From Candidatus Sumerlaeia bacterium (GTDB lineage: Bacteria; Sumerlaeota; Sumerlaeia; JADFCW01), in the NCBI GenBank assembly GCA_026415575.1, contig JAOAGV010000009.1, positions 1,059 to 65,058 on the forward strand: DNA of 64,000 bases. The letters run 5' to 3'. Positions 61,809 through 64,000 of the stretch are shown one piece after another (position 1 is the stretch's first letter; every line of letters starts with the position of its first letter). A model generated the notes under the pieces. That model worked only from the letters and a program-made list of their open reading frames with translations. It ran no database searches and had not been told where the DNA came from. The position numbers were made by a program, and so were the translations under genes.

Positions 61809-63245
61809 ATGGAACTCGAACCGGTCATCGGATTTGAAGTACACTCGGAGCTGAAAACCAAGACCAAGGTCTTCTGCGGCTGCAAAAACGCCTTCGGGGA
61901 TCCGCCCAACACCAACGTCTGCCCGGTCTGTCTGGGAATGCCGGGCGTGCTGCCGGTGCTCAACCGCCGCGCGTTCGAGCTGGCCCTGCGCACGGCCATC
62001 GCCCTCCATTGCGAGATCAGCGAGCGGACCACGTTCGACCGCAAGAACTACTACTATCCCGATCTGCCGAAGAACTACCAAATCTCGCAGCAATACGCCG
62101 TTCTGGGCCGCCGCGGCTACCTCGAAATCGAGATCAACGGCCAAACCCGCCGCGTCGGCATCAACAACGTCCACCTCGAAGAAGACGCGGGCAAAAACGT
62201 CCATCCCGAAACCGCCGGTGCCCGCTACAGCCTCGTGGACCTCAATCGCGCCGGCGTGCCGCTGCTCGAAATTGTCAGCGAGCCCGACATCCGGTCGCGC
62301 GACGAAGCCGAGGCCTACATGCACGGCCTCCGCAGCCTTCTCCAATACTGCGACGCCAGCGATTGCAAAATGCAGGAAGGCTCGCTGCGCTATGAACTGA
62401 ATATTTCGATGCGCCGGCCCGGCGATCCCCTGCCCGACTACCGCGTCGAGGTGAAAAACCTCGCCTCGATGAAGTCCGTCCTCCGCGCCCTCGACTATGA
62501 AATCCGCCGCCAGACCCGCCTGCTGGAAGAAGGCCGGAAACCCGCCCGCGAAACCGCCCTCTGGGACGACGCCGCCGGCGAAACCCGCACCATGCGCAGC
62601 AAGGAAGGCGCGCAGGACTATCGCTATTTCCCCGAACCCGACCTCGTCGAGGTCCACATAGACCGCGCCTGGATGGAGCGCGCCCGCGCCGAACTGCCTG
62701 AACTCCAGCACCAGCGATGCAAACGCTTTGTCGAACAACTCGGCCTGCCCGAATACGACGCGCGGATTCTCACGCAAAGCCGCCCGCTGGCCGACTATTT
62801 CGAGGCCGCGGTCCGGTTGCACAACAATCCCAAAGCCATCAGCAACTGGATCATGACGGAACTGCTGCGCGTGCTGGGCGAAGAAGTCGAACCGGACGAC
62901 CTGAAGGTCCGCCCGTCCCATCTCGCCCGACTGGTCGGGATGATTGACAGCGGGGCAATCAGCGGCAAGATTGCCAAGCAGGTCTTCCCCGACATGCTGG
63001 AGACCGGCCGGATGCCGGATGAGATTGTCCGCGAAAAGGGGCTGGTGCAAATCAGCGACACTTCGGCGCTCGAATCCGTGGTGGCCGAGGTCATCGCCGA
63101 AAACCCCGACGTGGCCGAGGACTACCGCGCCGGCAAGGACAAAGCGCTGGGGCGGCTGGTCGGTCAGGCAATGAAAAAGACCCGCGGCCAAGCCAATCCG
63201 CAATTGCTCAATGAGTTGCTGCGCAAAACCCTGCGGGGTGAGTGA
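61809..63245 (+). CDS. gatB: Asp-tRNA(Asn)/Glu-tRNA(Gln) amidotransferase subunit B
   Basis: MELEPVIGFEVHSELKTKTKVFCGC...NVCPVCLGMPGVLP...DLNRAGVPLLEIVSEPD and a C-terminal GatB/YqeY domain. Confidence 0.95.
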   Translation: MELEPVIGFEVHSELKTKTKVFCGCKNAFGDPPNTNVCPVCLGMPGVLPVLNRRAFELALRTAIALHCEISERTTFDRKNYYYPDLPKNYQISQQYAVLGRRGYLEIEINGQTRRVGINNVHLEEDAGKNVHPETAGARYSLVDLNRAGVPLLEIVSEPDIRSRDEAEAYMHGLRSLLQYCDASDCKMQEGSLRYELNISMRRPGDPLPDYRVEVKNLASMKSVLRALDYEIRRQTRLLEEGRKPARETALWDDAAGETRTMRSKEGAQDYRYFPEPDLVEVHIDRAWMERARAELPELQHQRCKRFVEQLGLPEYDARILTQSRPLADYFEAAVRLHNNPKAISNWIMTELLRVLGEEVEPDDLKVRPSHLARLVGMIDSGAISGKIAKQVFPDMLETGRMPDEIVREKGLVQISDTSALESVVAEVIAENPDVAEDYRAGKDKALGRLVGQAMKKTRGQANPQLLNELLRKTLRGE

Positions 63246-63260
63246 CCTAAATACGAACTA

Positions 63261-63467
63261 CGAAAGCTAACTGAAGTATGAACTAAGAACAGATAATGTA
63301 CATTTGAACAACGAACATCTAACGGAAGTATGCATTAAGAACATCTGGCAGACGTTTGAATTATGAACAGCTAGCTGACGTTTAAACTACGAACAGCTAA
63401 CGGAAGTATCCATTACGAACAGCTATCTGACGTTTGAATTACGAACAGCAAACTGAAGAATGAACTA
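63261..63467. repeat. Tandem array of eight 26-bp units (the first is 25 bp) with two roughly alternating subtypes
   Basis: Units start at 63261, 63286, 63312, 63338, 63364, 63390, 63416 and 63442. Subtype A is GAACAGCTAnCTGACGTTTGAATTAC. Subtype B is GAACAGCTAACGGAAGTATCCATTAC. The period is not a multiple of 3 and there is no ORF. Confidence 0.85.
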
Positions 63468-63693
63468 CCTGCCATTTTAATCAATTTCGATTTGAACGAC
63501 CAATAGCCTTTTTGCGTAGATCGCCGTCAGATTTCTTCTATCCCCGATGCAGGTACGCCTGCATGCTTGCACTCCCGATGTCGCGGGTTTCCTTCGCCCC
63601 TGCAAAGGCCAACTCATTCAGCTCAACGCTATTTCAACCCAATCTGTTGCAGGTAAGCGTGTGCCCTGAAGGAATGCATGAAACAGCAAAACT

Positions 63694-63765
63694 CATGAAA
63701 TAGCAAAACTTCAGAGCCCTGAAGGAGTACATGAAATAGCAAAACTTCAGAGCCCTGAAGGGGCG
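63694..63765. repeat. 36-bp tandem duplication
   Basis: CATGAAATAGCAAAACTTCAGAGCCCTGAAGG appears at 63694 and again at 63730. A diverged partial copy (CATGAAACAGCAAAACT) lies just upstream. Confidence 0.8.
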
Positions 63766-63774
63766 AACTAACTC

Positions 63775-63947
63775 AGCCCAGGGCAACGCCCTGGGAAATG
63801 GTTCCGCCCCAAGCTTTAAAGCCCTGAAAGGGCGCGCCAAACCCGGCCCTATCCAAGGTTAGAGCGCCCTTTCAGGGCTTACCAACCTCGATTGTGACTT
63901 TTCCCAGGGCGTTGCCCTGGGCTAAAATAGATGGCCCTTTCAGGGCC
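63775..63947. repeat. Composite inverted-repeat element (copy 2 of the 50280-50476 type)
   Basis: AGCCCAGGGCAACGCCCTGGGAAA...AAGCCCTGAAAGGGCGCGCC, then a centre, then AGAGCGCCCTTTCAGGGCTT...CCCAGGGCGTTGCCCTGGGCTAAAATAGATGGCCCTTTCAGGGCC. Confidence 0.7.
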
Positions 63948-64000
63948 AACTGAGGTTTGCTATCTCGCGGCGCAGATAACCGCTGATTTCAATGGCCCTT

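Noticed and set aside
60111-63203. 536-aa and 472-aa minus-strand ORFs
   Set aside because: They are antisense to gatA and gatB.

Overview
High-GC bacterial chromosomal segment with about 40 tightly packed protein genes. The ORF track also lists many long antisense shadow ORFs, which I rejected on composition. I recognised no rRNA, tRNA, CRISPR array, transposase, integrase, phage gene or known defence gene.

Gene content from left to right:
- tilS (runs off the left edge and is missing from the ORF track), then bshA and bshB1 (bacillithiol), with a cluster of five DnaA-box-like 9-mers between bshA and bshB1.
- Two hypothetical envelope proteins, a secreted FAD oxidoreductase with a discoidin-like tail, an HI0933-family flavoprotein, recN, a DUF4870 protein and cdd.
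- An exopolysaccharide-type cluster (priming sugar transferase plus two GT4 genes), an FHA-GAF protein, a Zn-ADH and a thioesterase.
- A 647-aa hypothetical, heparinase II/III, an orphan pseudopilin, a Tat-sulfatase and a cold-shock protein.
- A roughly 2070-aa hybrid histidine kinase (nine PAS modules, GAF, HisKA/HATPase, two receivers, Hpt), immediately followed by a roughly 1570-aa secreted lamin-tail-domain/CotH protein.
- zwf, a GT4, polX, an FGGY kinase, a YjhH-like aldolase and a YjhG-like sugar-acid dehydratase, divergent from a Tat-exported Gfo/Idh/MocA oxidoreductase.
- folP-cdaA-cdaR.
- accB-accC-asp23-amaP-rfaE2-DUF3553-gatC-(polytopic membrane protein)-gatA-gatB.

The features that gene annotation does not explain are non-coding:
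- Several families of short GC-rich hairpin repeats pile up in unusually long intergenic regions (46053-46331, 49873-51184, 63246-64000).
- A roughly 190-nt composite inverted-repeat element is present at least twice.
- An 82-nt multi-helix hairpin lies at 50081-50162.
- A 26-bp-period tandem array of 8 units lies after gatB, with dispersed relatives at three other loci.

I found no clear-cut novel multi-gene system. The best protein-level candidates are the giant sensor kinase plus LTD/CotH pair, the membrane protein embedded in gatCAB, and the hypothetical pair at 3929-6759. All family assignments come from motifs read by eye and remembered family signatures. No database search was run.
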